A DNA stretch of 64,000 bases, taken from Candidatus Dormiibacterota bacterium. Its GTDB lineage: Bacteria > Chloroflexota > Dormibacteria > Aeolococcales > Aeolococcaceae. The stretch is from positions 36,455 through 100,454 of the forward strand of contig CAVPXI010000011.1 of assembly GCA_963709585.1 (NCBI GenBank). Reading direction: 5' to 3'. Position numbers and translations under genes: made by a program. Shown here piece after piece: positions 22,000 through 33,131 of the stretch. The notes below the pieces were generated by a model, which saw only the letters and a program-made list of their open reading frames with translations, did no database searches and was not told the DNA's origin. Positions within the stretch are counted from its first letter, which is position 1. Each line of letters begins with the position of its first letter.

Positions 22000-23390
22000 G
22001 CCTGATGCCACCCCCGGTGGTCGCGGTGTTGCCGCTCGGGGTGGGCGAGACCTGGCGCCGGCTGCACCCGCTCTCGCCGATCGTCCGCTTCGGAAGAGTG
22101 TTGATCGGGGTGCTTGGGGTCGCGGTGGCGTCCATCGCCGAGCAGCCCGGCATGCGCCACGACGGAGGGCTTCCGATCTCGGTGATCGTCTACGTCGGCC
22201 TGCTCGTCCTCGGCGGTATCGGCGGGGTCATCTCGTGGCTGGTGACCCGCTGGAGGATCGCCGACGGCAACCTCCAGATCGAGACCGGGTTCATCCGGCG
22301 GCAGTCGCTGCGCATCCCACTGGCGCGGGTCCAGGCGGTCGACGTCATCGCACCGCTCCTGGGGCGCTTTCTCGGTTTGGCCGAGGTTCGTGTCGTGTCC
22401 GCTGGTCGAGGCGCCGAGCACGGCCGGCTCGCGTACCTCACCGCCGCCCAGGCGCCCGTCGTCCGAGCCCGGCTGCTCGCGCTTGCCCACGGCCTCGAGG
22501 CCGGCACCCCCGAGCCGGCCGCGCTGCCGCTCCTGCACGTGCAGAACGGGCTGCTCCTTCCCGCGCTCCTGATGCGCTCACGCGTGCTGGCGCCGATCCT
22601 CATCGCCATCGCCGCCGTCGCGGGGATCGCGGCTGCCCCGGTCATCGCTCCCGGCGCGCTCGGCAGCGTGATCACCGTGCTCGTGGTCAGCGGGCTCGGC
22701 GTCGCCCGAGCCTTCAACGAGGACTTCGATTTCGCCATCAGCGAGGCGGGCGACGGCGTGCGCCTCGACCGCGGTCTGCTCCAACGCCGCCACGAGACCA
22801 TCCCGTACGGCCGCATCCAGGCGGTGCGCGTCGTCGAGCCGCTCTTCTGGCGCGCATTCGGCTGGGCGCGTCTCGAGGTCGATGTGGCCCGCCAGAGCGT
22901 GTCCCGCGAGGCGGATCGTGACGCGCAGCAGGTTGCGAGGACGCTGATCCCGGTGGCGTCGCGCGACCAGGCGTTGTGGCTGCTGGCGCGGGTCATGCCG
23001 GACGCGCACCCGAATCCGCCGCCCGATGCAGGCCCCCCGTCGCGAGCGCGCCTCAAGGCCCCGCTCTCCTTTCATCTTCTCGCCGCCTGGTTCGGGCAGC
23101 GCTACGTCTACGCGCGGACGGGGCGCGTGCAGGTGTCGACGATCATCGTGCCGCTGGTCAAGGTGCAGAGCGTGCGGCTCAAATCTGGTCCGCTGCAACG
23201 CGCCTTTCATGTCGGGACCGTCGACGTGGACACCGCCGGGCGCCGCTGGCAGGCGTCTGCCCGCTGCCGCGACGAGCACGAGGCGGTCGAGATGGTGCGC
23301 CATATCAGCGAACGCGCGCGCCTGTCCAGGCGGGTGCCGCCGCCACTGCCCGCGCACCCGGCGCCGGCGCCGGCGCCGGCTGCTGGTTAG
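21996..23390 (+). CDS. YdbT-like multi-PH-domain membrane protein
   Basis: WRRLHPLSP and three bPH_2 repeats (IPLARVQAVD, IPYGRIQAV, VPLVKVQSV). GTGA overlap with the ydbS-like gene. Confidence 0.88.
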   Translation: MSLMPPPVVAVLPLGVGETWRRLHPLSPIVRFGRVLIGVLGVAVASIAEQPGMRHDGGLPISVIVYVGLLVLGGIGGVISWLVTRWRIADGNLQIETGFIRRQSLRIPLARVQAVDVIAPLLGRFLGLAEVRVVSAGRGAEHGRLAYLTAAQAPVVRARLLALAHGLEAGTPEPAALPLLHVQNGLLLPALLMRSRVLAPILIAIAAVAGIAAAPVIAPGALGSVITVLVVSGLGVARAFNEDFDFAISEAGDGVRLDRGLLQRRHETIPYGRIQAVRVVEPLFWRAFGWARLEVDVARQSVSREADRDAQQVARTLIPVASRDQALWLLARVMPDAHPNPPPDAGPPSRARLKAPLSFHLLAAWFGQRYVYARTGRVQVSTIIVPLVKVQSVRLKSGPLQRAFHVGTVDVDTAGRRWQASARCRDEHEAVEMVRHISERARLSRRVPPPLPAHPAPAPAPAAG

Positions 23391-23419
23391 CGGGCGTACG
23401 TGGCAATATCGCAGTAAAG

Positions 23420-23617
23420 ATGGCGGTGACAGCCCGGTGCGACTGCGACGGAGAGGAGACACCGATTTTCCGACTCGCCGCGGTGATCCTCGACGGCAGG
23501 CTCGCTCGTGTCTGTCCGAACTGCGCCTCGAAGTACAAGAATCGCATCGAGATGCCGTACTCGCCGCGCGTCGACCAGGGGGCGATTCAACCGAGCACCT
23601 CGAGGGAGGTCTGGTAG
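23420..23617 (+). CDS. Small putative zinc-ribbon protein (65 aa)
   Basis: MAVTARCDCDGEE...RVCPNCASKY. Exactly fills the gap before pyrF; present only as the tail of ORF 22976..23617. Confidence 0.7.
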   Translation: MAVTARCDCDGEETPIFRLAAVILDGRLARVCPNCASKYKNRIEMPYSPRVDQGAIQPSTSREVW

Positions 23618-23621
23618 CGCC

Positions 23622-24410
23622 GTGACATTCGTCGCACGCCTGGACGCGTGCGTCGAAGCGTCCGGGTCGCTGCTCTGCTGCGGCCTCGACCCTGACGGGT
23701 TCGCGAGCGCCGCGGAGGCCGAGCGTCGCTGCCTCGAGATCGTCGACGAGACCATCGAGCACGTCTGCGCGTTCAAACCGAACCTCGCATTCTTCGAGCA
23801 GCTCGGTTCGGCCGGCTACGCGGTTCTGGAGCGCCTGCGGGCCCGGATTCCGCGCAATCGCATCCTGATCCTCGACGCCAAGCGTGGTGACGTGGGCAAC
23901 ACCGCCGTGGCGTACGCGCGAGCGCTCTTCGACGTTCTCGGCGCGGATTGCGTCACCGTCAATCCGCTGCTCGGCGGCAACTCGGTGCTGCCGTTCCTGG
24001 AGCGTCAGGGCCGTGGTGCGCTGCTCGTCGCCCGGAGCAGCAATCCTGGTGCGTCGGATCTGCTCGACGCGCGCCTCGAATCCGGCATGCCGGTGAGCGC
24101 TCGGATCGTCGAGCTCGGCCTCGGCTGGGACCCCGGCGGGGCGGTCGGCTTCGTCGTCGGGGCGACCAGGCCCGAGGCCGTCGCCGCGATCCGCGCGGCG
24201 GCGCCGGACGCACCATTGCTGCTTCCCGGGGTCGGGGCCCAGGGTGGCGCGCTCGAGGAGTCGGTCGCGGCGGGCCTCGATGTCCGCGGCCGCGGCGCGA
24301 TCATCTCGGTGACCAGGGGCATCGCGACAGCGCCTGAGGGTGCCGCTCGCGCCGCACGGGGGTTTCGCGAGCGTATCGAGGAAGTCCGCGCCGCGGTTGC
24401 ACACGTGTGA
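23622..24410 (+). CDS. pyrF: Orotidine-5'-phosphate decarboxylase
   Basis: [31 protein letters not shown] and [10 protein letters not shown]. Confidence 0.93.
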   Translation: MTFVARLDACVEASGSLLCCGLDPDGFASAAEAERRCLEIVDETIEHVCAFKPNLAFFEQLGSAGYAVLERLRARIPRNRILILDAKRGDVGNTAVAYARALFDVLGADCVTVNPLLGGNSVLPFLERQGRGALLVARSSNPGASDLLDARLESGMPVSARIVELGLGWDPGGAVGFVVGATRPEAVAAIRAAAPDAPLLLPGVGAQGGALEESVAAGLDVRGRGAIISVTRGIATAPEGAARAARGFRERIEEVRAAVAHV

Positions 24411-25342
24411 CCGTCCCGCTTGCGCTCATCCGCAACCACGACCAGGCCGAGCACGCGAGCCCGGGTCATCCGGAGCGGCCGGAGAGGGTTACCGCGATCC
24501 TCGAGGGCATCGCCGCGAACGGAGCGCTCGCCACGCTGCCCTGGCTGGACGCGCCGGCGGGGGACCGCGCTCTGCCCCGCATGGTGCATACGGAGGACGA
24601 GGTGCGACGCGTCGAGCGAATGGCCGTGGCCGGCGGTGGCTGGCTCGATCCCGACACCTACTGCACCGAGGCGTCCTATGCGGTGGCGCTGAACGCGGCG
24701 GCGTGCGCAGCGCGGGCGGCTGAGGCGCTGATGCACGGGGAGGCACGGGCGGCGTTCGCGGTGATCCGGCCGCCCGGGCATCACGCGACCCCGCACCTGC
24801 CGATGGGGTTCTGCCTCTTCAACAACGCGGCCATCGCGGTGCGCGCGGCCCAGAACGCGGGGGCTTCACGGGTCGCGGTCGTGGACATCGACGTCCATCA
24901 CGGCAACGGAACCCAGGACATCTTCTACGCCGACGCGTCGGTCCTGTACACGTCCCTGCATCAGTTTCCGTGGTACCCCGGCACCGGGCACGCGTCCGAT
25001 CACGGTGATCCTGGCGCCTCTGGTGCGACACTGAACGTTCCCGTTCCGCCGGGGACCGACGGCAGCCGTTGGCTCGAGCTGTTCGACGAGGTCGTGACCC
25101 CGGAGGTGGCCGCGTTCGATCCGGATGTCCTGGTGGTCAGCGCCGGGTTCGACGCTCACCGGGATGACCCGCTCGCCGAGCTGCGTCTCGAGGACGAGAC
25201 GTACGCGGCGATCGCCGACCGGGTGCGAACCCTCGCCGACACGCACTGCGAGGGACGATCCCTATGGCTCCTCGAAGGCGGTTACGACCTTCGAGCAATC
25301 GCCGCCTCGGTGGCGGGATGCCTGCACGTCCTCGCCGCCTGA
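24407..25342 (+). CDS. Histone deacetylase family Zn-dependent deacylase
   Basis: [39 protein letters not shown] and LEGGY. Confidence 0.93.
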   Translation: MTVPLALIRNHDQAEHASPGHPERPERVTAILEGIAANGALATLPWLDAPAGDRALPRMVHTEDEVRRVERMAVAGGGWLDPDTYCTEASYAVALNAAACAARAAEALMHGEARAAFAVIRPPGHHATPHLPMGFCLFNNAAIAVRAAQNAGASRVAVVDIDVHHGNGTQDIFYADASVLYTSLHQFPWYPGTGHASDHGDPGASGATLNVPVPPGTDGSRWLELFDEVVTPEVAAFDPDVLVVSAGFDAHRDDPLAELRLEDETYAAIADRVRTLADTHCEGRSLWLLEGGYDLRAIAASVAGCLHVLAA

Positions 25343-25362
25343 CACACGGGGGAATCCCCCGT

Positions 25363-26194
25363 GTACCCCTTGTCTTTGCGTTTGCCGCGGCCGTGGGTGC
25401 ACTGGTGATGGTCTCCGGCTGTGCGGGCGTGCCGTCAACCCCGTCGCGGACGCCGCCGCCGTCGAGCACGCCAACCGCGGTGACGATCGTCACCCCGAGC
25501 CCGACGCCGCAGCTCGTCGGCACCACCCGCACCGTGCTCAGCCCTCTCGGCCTCCGCATCCACTCGGCGCCGGTGCTCGAACTCCAAGAACGTCCTCGGC
25601 GGGTTCTCGCAGGGCAGGACCTTCACCGTTCTCGAATATCAGAGCGGTGGCGGAGGATGGTTCCGGGTCCAGGGTCAGACGCTCACCGGGTGGGTCGTCG
25701 CCGATCCGTCGCTCAGCGCCGCGAGCACGTTCAACCGATACTCGGCGGCGAACGGCGTGACGGCGCTCTACCCTCAGACGTGGGGGTTCCAGCAGGAGCC
25801 GGATAGCACCCTGTTCGTCCCCCAGCAGGGCGGCACGGACAGCGCGCTGCTCGAGATGAGGAACAGCCTCAAGTCATACGCGGCGCCGGGATTGCCGGGA
25901 TACACGCCGTCCAGCTCGGCCTCCGTTCTGGTGTGCGGCTACACCGGGACGCTCGCCTACTACGTGAAGGAAGTCTCGTACACGGGTCCGACGCCGGTAC
26001 CGCTGCCGGTCGCCCGGCAGCCGCTCTACGCCGAGATACGTCTGACCATCGATTCGACGCATGCGATGCTGCTCGGCTTCAACTACGAGAACAGCAGCCA
26101 GCTCGACGTGTTCTCCGCGCTGTACAACTCGATTGCGTTCCCGTTCCCGTTGTGCGAGGCCCCTGCGGCGGCGACCCCGAAGCCTGCGCCTTAG
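25363..26194 (+). CDS. Lipoprotein with SH3b domain and PsbP-like C-terminal domain; apparent frameshift near 25,580
   Basis: Lipobox VSGC, Pro/Thr linker and GLRIHSAP. After a frame change: KNVLGG...TFTVLEY...GWFRVQG...GWV (SH3b), then ALYPQTWGF. Start codon uncertain. Confidence 0.6.
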
Positions 26195-27160
26195 AGGACG
26201 GTCGTCCCCGTACTCTGGTTCACGCCGGGGACGGAGTTGCTGTTGACGATCGCCGTGTTGGCGATCGACATCCCGGCGGCGGCGACCACCAGGATCGCGA
26301 CATAGGCTGCGCCGAGGCCAAGCCGCCGTGAGGCGGCGGCCTGTGCAGGGTCGGTCGTCTGGTTGCTCCGGCGAAACCGGCCGATGGTGTGGAAGATGCC
26401 GAGCACGAGAAAGATCAATCCGATGGGGTTGCCGAACAGGAGCACGACGCCCGCGACCACGAGCAGCCCGAGCACGTTCATCCATTTCGGGATCGCGTCG
26501 GCGACCTTGGCGCCGTCGAGAAAGCCCACCGGAATCAGGTTGATGAGGTTCAGGAAGCACCCGAAGTACGCGAGCGCGAGCAAGAGGTAGCGGGCATACC
26601 CGGGGTTCGCGGCGCCTGCCAGCAGAAAGCACAGCAGTGCGGCGACCGTCCCGAGTGCCGGACCGGCGAGCGCGATGATGCCCGACCTGCCCGCGTCACC
26701 AGGTGAACGGCCCAGGCTGGTGACCGCGCCCAGGGGGCCGATGAAGATCGGCAACCGCGCGGGCAGGCCCATCCATCTCGCGACGATGAAATGCCCGAGC
26801 TCGTGGATGAGGATCAGCACGACGAGACCGATCGCGAACGCCGGTCCGAAGAACAGCGTGTAGAACCAGATCGCGATGATCATGGTGATCAGGGTCGGCC
26901 CGAAAGTGCCGAACTTGACCAAAAATAGACCGTACTTGACGAAGACGAAGAGGGCGGCCAGGATGCCGCCGGTCGCGCCCTCGCGACGCCGGCGCTGCTG
27001 GCGCGGCGCCGTCGGGCTGTGCTGGGGCGGGGACGCAGGACGGGTCGGCCCCGGTGGTGGAAGCCAGGATGCGCTGTCGCCCGAGGTGGTGACGGGACTG
27101 TCCGGCAGCCATTGGTAGACGGGTGGCTGGTCGCCGCCGGGCGGAGGAAGCTGAACTCAT
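26191..27160 (-). CDS. Site-2 protease (peptidase M50) family protein; apparent 1-nt insertion just after the start
   Basis: HELGH, ALAGP and NLINLIP..FLDG. The frame is open upstream to about 27,157; removing one T after ATG 27,160 gives MSQLPPPGGDQPP... Confidence 0.85.
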
Positions 27161-27227
27161 CTGCATCGATCATGGCACGCCCCGCTGAACCGGCCGATCA
27201 ATCGTTGGCGCTAAGGTGTGCCGTCAC

Positions 27228-28127
27228 ATGAGCGAGGAAAGTCTCCGGGGCATGCGGCTGGGGATCGTCGGTGCCGGGGTGATGGCCGAGGCGATGCTCG
27301 CAGGCCTGCTCGAGCGCGACCTCGTGGACGCGCGCAACGTTGTCTGCACGCACCCGCGCCTGGCCCGGCGCGAGGCCCTGGTCGCCACCCATCGCGTCAA
27401 CGTCGCTGAGCAGAACATCGAGGCGACCACGAACACCGACGTGGTCCTGCTCGGCGTCAAGCCGCAGATGCTCGGCGGGGTCATGGCCGAGCTGCGCGGG
27501 GCGCTGAATCCGGAGCAGCTCGTGATCAGCATCATCGCCGGAGCGACGACCACCGCGCTCGGCGAAGGCCTCGACCACCCTGCGGTGGTGCGCTGCATGC
27601 CGAACACGCCGGCGCAGATCGGGCGCGGGGTCACCGTCTGGTACGCGACCGAGAGCGTCGACGAGGTGGGGAAGGCCCGCACGCGGGCCATGCTGGCCGC
27701 GCTCGGGCGCGAGTTCGAGGTGCACGACGAGCGCCAGGTGGCGATGGCCACCGCGGTGAGCGGCACGGGGCCCACCTACATCTTCCTGTTCATCGAGGCG
27801 CTCACCGACGCCGCCGTCCACCTCGGATTTCCACGCCACGTGGCCCGGGAGCTCGTGCTCGACACCATGCAGGGGAGCGCGGAGTTCGCGCTCCAGAGCG
27901 GCAAGCACGTCGCCGAGCTGCGCGACATGGTGACCTCGCCGGGCGGAACCTCGGCGGAGGCTCTGTATCAACTCGAGCGCGGCGGCCTGCGCACGGTGGT
28001 GAGCGACGCGGTGTGGGCGGCGTTCGAGCGAACCCTCCGGATCGAGGCGACGCTCGAGCAGCGCACTCCCAACTCAGGGAGCACATCGACGCAGAGGACG
28101 CAGGCCCTCGAGAACCTGAACGCCTGA
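27228..28127 (+). CDS. proC: Pyrroline-5-carboxylate reductase
   Basis: GAGVMA, VKPQ, RCMPNTP, SGTGP and LRDMVTSPGGT. Confidence 0.95.
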   Translation: MSEESLRGMRLGIVGAGVMAEAMLAGLLERDLVDARNVVCTHPRLARREALVATHRVNVAEQNIEATTNTDVVLLGVKPQMLGGVMAELRGALNPEQLVISIIAGATTTALGEGLDHPAVVRCMPNTPAQIGRGVTVWYATESVDEVGKARTRAMLAALGREFEVHDERQVAMATAVSGTGPTYIFLFIEALTDAAVHLGFPRHVARELVLDTMQGSAEFALQSGKHVAELRDMVTSPGGTSAEALYQLERGGLRTVVSDAVWAAFERTLRIEATLEQRTPNSGSTSTQRTQALENLNA

Positions 28128-28163
28128 CCGGCCGGCGCGAGGCCTGCAATACTCCCATCCACG

Positions 28164-29408
28164 ATGCCCAGAACCCATCTCATCGGCATGTTGCTCGGGG
28201 TCGAGGAGGACTGGCCGGCGGCCTTCGAGGCGTTGCTGGGGCGGGCGGATCTCGCCGTGCGCGAGGGCGGCGAAACGCATCACTTCACCACCGAGCGGGT
28301 CACCATCGAGCCCTTCGATCTGCGGATGAAGCCGCGCCACTCGCTGGTCATCGACCGCCTCGGCTGGTGGTATCCGATGCCCCGCGAGTGGTTGAAGAAG
28401 GTCGTGCTGATGGACCGAGTTCATCTGCTCAACAACCCGTTCACGTTCCAGGCCATGGAGAAGCACGCGGCGTACTGCGCGATGATTCGCCTCGGTCTCA
28501 AGGTCCCGGAGACGTGGATGCTGCCCAACAAGACGCCGCCGGACAACCCGCGTTTCGCCGGGACCGCGCAGCGGTACCTGCGCTACTTCGACCTCGAGGC
28601 GGTGGCTCGAGCAGTCGGTATGCCTTTGTACATGAAGCCATTCGACGGTGGCGCCTGGGTTGGGGTGAGTCGCATCGAGAATGCCGAGACTCTATACCGA
28701 GCCTACGACGAGTCGGAGCAGCGGCTCATGCACCTCCAGGCATCGGTCGATGGCTTCGACGCCTTTGCGCGCAGCCTGGGCATCGGCGCGGAGTCGATCG
28801 TGCTCAACTTTCATCCCGAAAAGCCGATGCACGAGCGATACTCCGTCGACCACAGCTTCCTCACCCCGCGCGCCGGCGACGAGGTGCTCAGCATTCTGCG
28901 CACCGTCAACGCCTTCTTCCGATGGGAGCTCAACAGTTGCGAGACGTTGATCCGGGGGGACGACGTGTATCCCATCGACTACGCGAACGCGACCCCGGAT
29001 CTCGCCCTGACGAGCCTGCATTACTACTTCCCGTGGGCGATCCGCAGCCTGCTGAAATGGGTTGTGTTCTGCTGCGTCACCGGCCGTCTGCAGACCGTGG
29101 ACCTCGACACCGAGCAGTACTACGCGATCGCGGACCGTGCTGATCTCAGCTATGACGAGAAGCTCGCCGGGTACCGCAAGCTCGCCGACCGGCAGCTCGA
29201 CGTCGACAGGTATCGCGAGTTCTGCGAGCGACACCTGGCGCATGTGGACGAGCTGTCGGTGGCCTGGGTGGAGAGCCCGGACTTCGACCGGATCATCGTG
29301 GATACCGTGCGCAACACCTTCCCGGCTCACGAGCACGAACAGTTCATCGCGCATTTCCGCGGCCTCCTCGCCGCGTGGGCTCATGATCAACGCGCGACGG
29401 CGGCGTAG
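28164..29408 (+). CDS. RimK-like ATP-grasp ligase, uncharacterised family
   Basis: IDRL..WY, LLNNPF...EKH, VPETWMLP, YMKPFDGGAW.GV and YPIDYAN.TPD. Confidence 0.78.
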   Translation: MPRTHLIGMLLGVEEDWPAAFEALLGRADLAVREGGETHHFTTERVTIEPFDLRMKPRHSLVIDRLGWWYPMPREWLKKVVLMDRVHLLNNPFTFQAMEKHAAYCAMIRLGLKVPETWMLPNKTPPDNPRFAGTAQRYLRYFDLEAVARAVGMPLYMKPFDGGAWVGVSRIENAETLYRAYDESEQRLMHLQASVDGFDAFARSLGIGAESIVLNFHPEKPMHERYSVDHSFLTPRAGDEVLSILRTVNAFFRWELNSCETLIRGDDVYPIDYANATPDLALTSLHYYFPWAIRSLLKWVVFCCVTGRLQTVDLDTEQYYAIADRADLSYDEKLAGYRKLADRQLDVDRYREFCERHLAHVDELSVAWVESPDFDRIIVDTVRNTFPAHEHEQFIAHFRGLLAAWAHDQRATAA

Positions 29409-29420
29409 AGTGGATCCCCC

Positions 29421-30614
29421 ATGACGCACATCGAGTTCGTCTCCAGCCCCAGGCCGACGGTCGGCGTCGAGATGGAGCTGGAGCTCATCAACCGAGACAC
29501 CCGCGAGCTGGTGAGCGGCGCGCACGAGATCCTCGGCGAGATGAATTCCTCGCACGGCGACGCTGGGCACCCGAAGGCCAAGAAAGAGCTGCTCCAGTCG
29601 ACGGTCGAGATCATCACCGGGATCTGCGAGACTGCCGCGGAGGTGCAAGCGGATCTGGCCGCAACCATGGCCGAGCTGCGCGAGCACACCGAGCCCCGCA
29701 ACCTGGAGATCTGCTGCTCGGGCACGCATCCGTTCAGCGATCCCGCGCTGCAGGAGATCAGTCCCGACCCCCGCTACCTGCAACTCGTCAACGACATGCA
29801 GTGGCCCGCGAAGCAGATGCAGATCTTCGGCATCCACGTGCACGTCGGGGTCCGCAGCGGAGAGAAAGCGATCGCGATGGTCAACGCGCTCTCCGCATAT
29901 ATCCCGCACTTCCTCGCGCTTTCGGCATCCAGCCCGTACTGGATGGGCCACGACACCGGCATGGCGTCGTGGCGTTCCAAGGTGTTCGAGGGCCTGCCGA
30001 CCGCCGGCCCACCCTGGTACTTGAGCGGCTGGCCGCAGTTCGAGCAGCTGATGGACACGCTGATCTCCTCGCAGACCATCAAGACAATTCGCGAGGTGTG
30101 GTGGGACATCCGACCGCACCCGAGCTTCGGGACCGTCGAGATCCGGGTGTGTGATGGCATCCCCACGTTGCGCGAGATCGGCGTTGTCGCCGCGCTGAGC
30201 CAGTGTCTGGTGCACCAGTTCGACGTGATGATCGACCGCGGGTACACCCTGCCGACACCGCGCGCGTGGCTGGTGCGTGAGAACAAGTGGCGAGCCGCAC
30301 GCCACGGCCTCGATGCCTCGATCATCGTCGACGAGGGCGGCACGACGGTGCCGCTGCGCAAGGCGGTTCGCGAGCTGGTGGAGGATCTGACCCCGGTTGC
30401 GGCCCGGCTGGGATGCACCGGCGAGCTGCGCGGTGCCATCGAGATCATGGAGCGGGGATCGAGTTACATCCGGCAGCGTGAGGTGGTCGCGGCAGGCGGC
30501 TCACTCGCCGATGTCGTCGACAGTCTGATTGCGGAGTTGCGCGCCGACATGCCCGCGCCCCGTTCGGCCGTGCTCGAGGCGGTGGGCAAGCAGGCGGTCG
30601 CCGCCGGCGACTGA
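29421..30614 (+). CDS. Glutamate-cysteine ligase family 2 (GCS2/YbdK carboxylate-amine ligase)
   Basis: TVGVEMEL, ELLQSTVEI, GTHPF, FGIHVHVG, LALSASSPYW and WWDIRP.P.FGTVEIRVCD. Confidence 0.92.
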   Translation: MTHIEFVSSPRPTVGVEMELELINRDTRELVSGAHEILGEMNSSHGDAGHPKAKKELLQSTVEIITGICETAAEVQADLAATMAELREHTEPRNLEICCSGTHPFSDPALQEISPDPRYLQLVNDMQWPAKQMQIFGIHVHVGVRSGEKAIAMVNALSAYIPHFLALSASSPYWMGHDTGMASWRSKVFEGLPTAGPPWYLSGWPQFEQLMDTLISSQTIKTIREVWWDIRPHPSFGTVEIRVCDGIPTLREIGVVAALSQCLVHQFDVMIDRGYTLPTPRAWLVRENKWRAARHGLDASIIVDEGGTTVPLRKAVRELVEDLTPVAARLGCTGELRGAIEIMERGSSYIRQREVVAAGGSLADVVDSLIAELRADMPAPRSAVLEAVGKQAVAAGD

Positions 30615-30616
30615 CC

Positions 30617-31840
30617 TCAGTACGCGTAGAGCTGCAGCTCGGTCGCGAACCGATCGGCCATGTCGACGCACGAATCCAGATCGGGGTGCCGGACGATGAC
30701 CATCCCGTCGGAGATGAGCGTCATCAACCAGTCGCGGCGGGGCGCTCCGAGAGGGAGCAGATCGATCGTGCAGACCCACTCGTCAAAGTCCGAGAGCAGA
30801 CGTGAGAGCCCCTCGATGTGGGTGATCCGTCCCTGTCCCTGGGCTCGCTTGAAGATGGACGCGGCGTTGTAGCGGCGCCCGATCGGCTCGGACAGCCGCC
30901 CATGGATCAGCGCCTCGGCCCACTGCTGGAACAGGTCGATGTCATTGGCGAAATTCATCACGTCGACGGTGCGAGCACCCGGAGGCCGCGCGCCGATCTC
31001 TCCGAAGACAACCTCACCGTTCTCGCGACGGAACCACTCCATGTGGGTGAAGCCATCGCGGAATCCCAGTGCGCGCAACACGTCGCGGCCCATGGCTCGG
31101 CCGCTCGAGAGCTCCGGTGCGTCGATGTCGCGCAGCACCATGGTCACCGGACTGATCCACTCGAGCTGCCGCGCGATCAGCGGACGTGGCCGGTACCACG
31201 CCACGTTGTCGAAGAGCACCTCGCCGCCGGCGCAGATGGTGTCGTACGTGTACTCGGTCGCCTCGACGAACTCCTCGACGCTGACCTCATCGACCCAGAC
31301 GAGCCTGGGCAGCACCTCCTCGAGCTCGACCGCGTGGTCGACGCGGTAGGTGTCCGCCGATCCAGCCCCGGCGATCGGCTTGACGATGATCGGATAGCCG
31401 ATGCGCTCGACTGCCTCGCGGACGGCCGACGTCGTGGTTGCCTTGTAGTGGTGCGGCGTGCGGATCCCCGCCGCGTCGAGCACCTGCTTCATGCGCTCCT
31501 TGTCGCGGAAGGGGATGGTCTGCTCGACGGTCATCCCGGGGATGCCGAGCGCCTCGCGAATCCGCGCGGCCAGCACCATCGTCGGCTCCCACAGCGATGC
31601 CACGTGATCGATGTGAACTCCGGCAGAACGCCGCACCACTTCGTGAACAATCGCCTCCTCGTCAGCGAATGAGGGCACCTGCCAGTACGCGGCAAGGTGA
31701 TCGCGTGCCATGTCGGGGAGCCCGAAGAGGGATTGATCCCCCGCGCCGATGACCTGCGCTCCGGCGCGCGCGAGGCCGCGGGTGAAGAACGGCATCTCCG
31801 CGGGGTATCCCGGCGAGATCATCAGCACCGTGCTGGTCAC
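30617..31840 (-). CDS. ATP-grasp domain amide ligase (paralogue 1)
   Basis: FRDKERMK, GYPIIVKPIAGAGS, VEEFVE, THMEWF and EIGARPPG. Confidence 0.88.
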   Translation of the reverse strand: MTSTVLMISPGYPAEMPFFTRGLARAGAQVIGAGDQSLFGLPDMARDHLAAYWQVPSFADEEAIVHEVVRRSAGVHIDHVASLWEPTMVLAARIREALGIPGMTVEQTIPFRDKERMKQVLDAAGIRTPHHYKATTTSAVREAVERIGYPIIVKPIAGAGSADTYRVDHAVELEEVLPRLVWVDEVSVEEFVEATEYTYDTICAGGEVLFDNVAWYRPRPLIARQLEWISPVTMVLRDIDAPELSSGRAMGRDVLRALGFRDGFTHMEWFRRENGEVVFGEIGARPPGARTVDVMNFANDIDLFQQWAEALIHGRLSEPIGRRYNAASIFKRAQGQGRITHIEGLSRLLSDFDEWVCTIDLLPLGAPRRDWLMTLISDGMVIVRHPDLDSCVDMADRFATELQLYAY

Positions 31841-33066
31841 GACGCGCTCCGCAGCTCGACGCGAGCAATCTCGACCACACGGCGCAACCCGGCTTCGACC
31901 ACGGAGGTCTCCGGATGCCGGAGGATCACGTGCCCCTCACCCTCGTACGTCCCCGACGACGACTGTCCCTCGCGAGGGAGCTGTGCCTCGACGACGAGGT
32001 CGCCGAGCTCACGCTGCAGGGTGTCGAGACCGTGGATCCCGACCACCGAGCCACTGCCCTGACCGCGCAGGTACGCCGCGCCGACCGCGTAGCGGCGCTC
32101 GGGCGGCAAGAAGTCGCCGAAGATCTCGAGGCGTGCCCACGCCGCATACATGTCGACGTCGTGCGCGTACGACAGCAGCGATGTGAACTGCGCGCCCGGC
32201 GGCCGCGCCGCGACTTCACTGATGGCGATGTCGCCACCGGGTCCACGGAACCACTCCATGTGGGTCAGCCCGGTCCGCAGTCCGAGCGCGCGCAGGCCGC
32301 GCAGCCCGTCGGTACGGATCGGATCGAACTCGTCACCGGAAATATCGCGTGGGAGCAGAACCGCCCACTGGATCCAGGGGTTCTCGAGCACCTCGAGGGG
32401 GGTGGGCAGATACCGGGAGATCGAGTGCCACACCAACTCGCCCTCGATGAGCACGCTGTCGAAACTGTGCTCGGCACCGACCACGAGTTCCTCCAGCAGC
32501 ACCGGGTTGTGGTCGCCGGGCGGATCGGCGTGCAGCCAGCCTTCGAGCTGTAGCTCGCCGTCGAGCCGGAATGTCGAGCGGGCCCCGGCGCCGGCGGGCG
32601 GTTTGGCCACGAGCGGATAGCCGAGCTCCGCGGCCGCCGACCGCGCCTGATCGGCCGAATGGGCGAGGCGGTGCCGGGCGCACGGCACCCCGTTGGCTTC
32701 GAACACGGTTTTCATGCGCGATTTGTCGCGGAAGTTGTGCGCCACCTCGGCTCCCATGCCCGGGATGCCGAGTGCGTCACGAACCTCGCCGAGCGGGACC
32801 TGCAGCTGCTCGAGCATGCCGAGCACGCGGTCGACGCCGCCGAGGTGCCGCGCCATCACTCGGGTTGCGTCAGCGATCTGCTGCGGGTCGGTGCCGTCGG
32901 CGACGCGGTAATGCCCGGAGAGAGCGGCGCGGAGGTCGTCGCGAAGCATGTCCTCCGGGTCCTGGCTGATCAACCCGAGGCGGACATCGGGCAGCAATGC
33001 TGCCGCGGCGATGAACCGGACCGTGGCCGGGAGCAGAAAGGGAGCAACGAAGACCGCATTCGCCAT
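31837..33066 (-). CDS. ATP-grasp domain amide ligase (paralogue 2)
   Basis: FRDKSRMK, GYPLVAKPPAGAGA, LEE, THMEWF and EVAARPPG. GTGA coupling to the downstream paralogue. Confidence 0.88.
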   Translation of the reverse strand: MANAVFVAPFLLPATVRFIAAAALLPDVRLGLISQDPEDMLRDDLRAALSGHYRVADGTDPQQIADATRVMARHLGGVDRVLGMLEQLQVPLGEVRDALGIPGMGAEVAHNFRDKSRMKTVFEANGVPCARHRLAHSADQARSAAAELGYPLVAKPPAGAGARSTFRLDGELQLEGWLHADPPGDHNPVLLEELVVGAEHSFDSVLIEGELVWHSISRYLPTPLEVLENPWIQWAVLLPRDISGDEFDPIRTDGLRGLRALGLRTGLTHMEWFRGPGGDIAISEVAARPPGAQFTSLLSYAHDVDMYAAWARLEIFGDFLPPERRYAVGAAYLRGQGSGSVVGIHGLDTLQRELGDLVVEAQLPREGQSSSGTYEGEGHVILRHPETSVVEAGLRRVVEIARVELRSAS

Positions 33067-33131
33067 TGAGCTTTCGCGAGTCTAGACACGCAACCGGGGA
33101 CGGGTCAGGACGCAGCGGGTAGGATCTGCGC

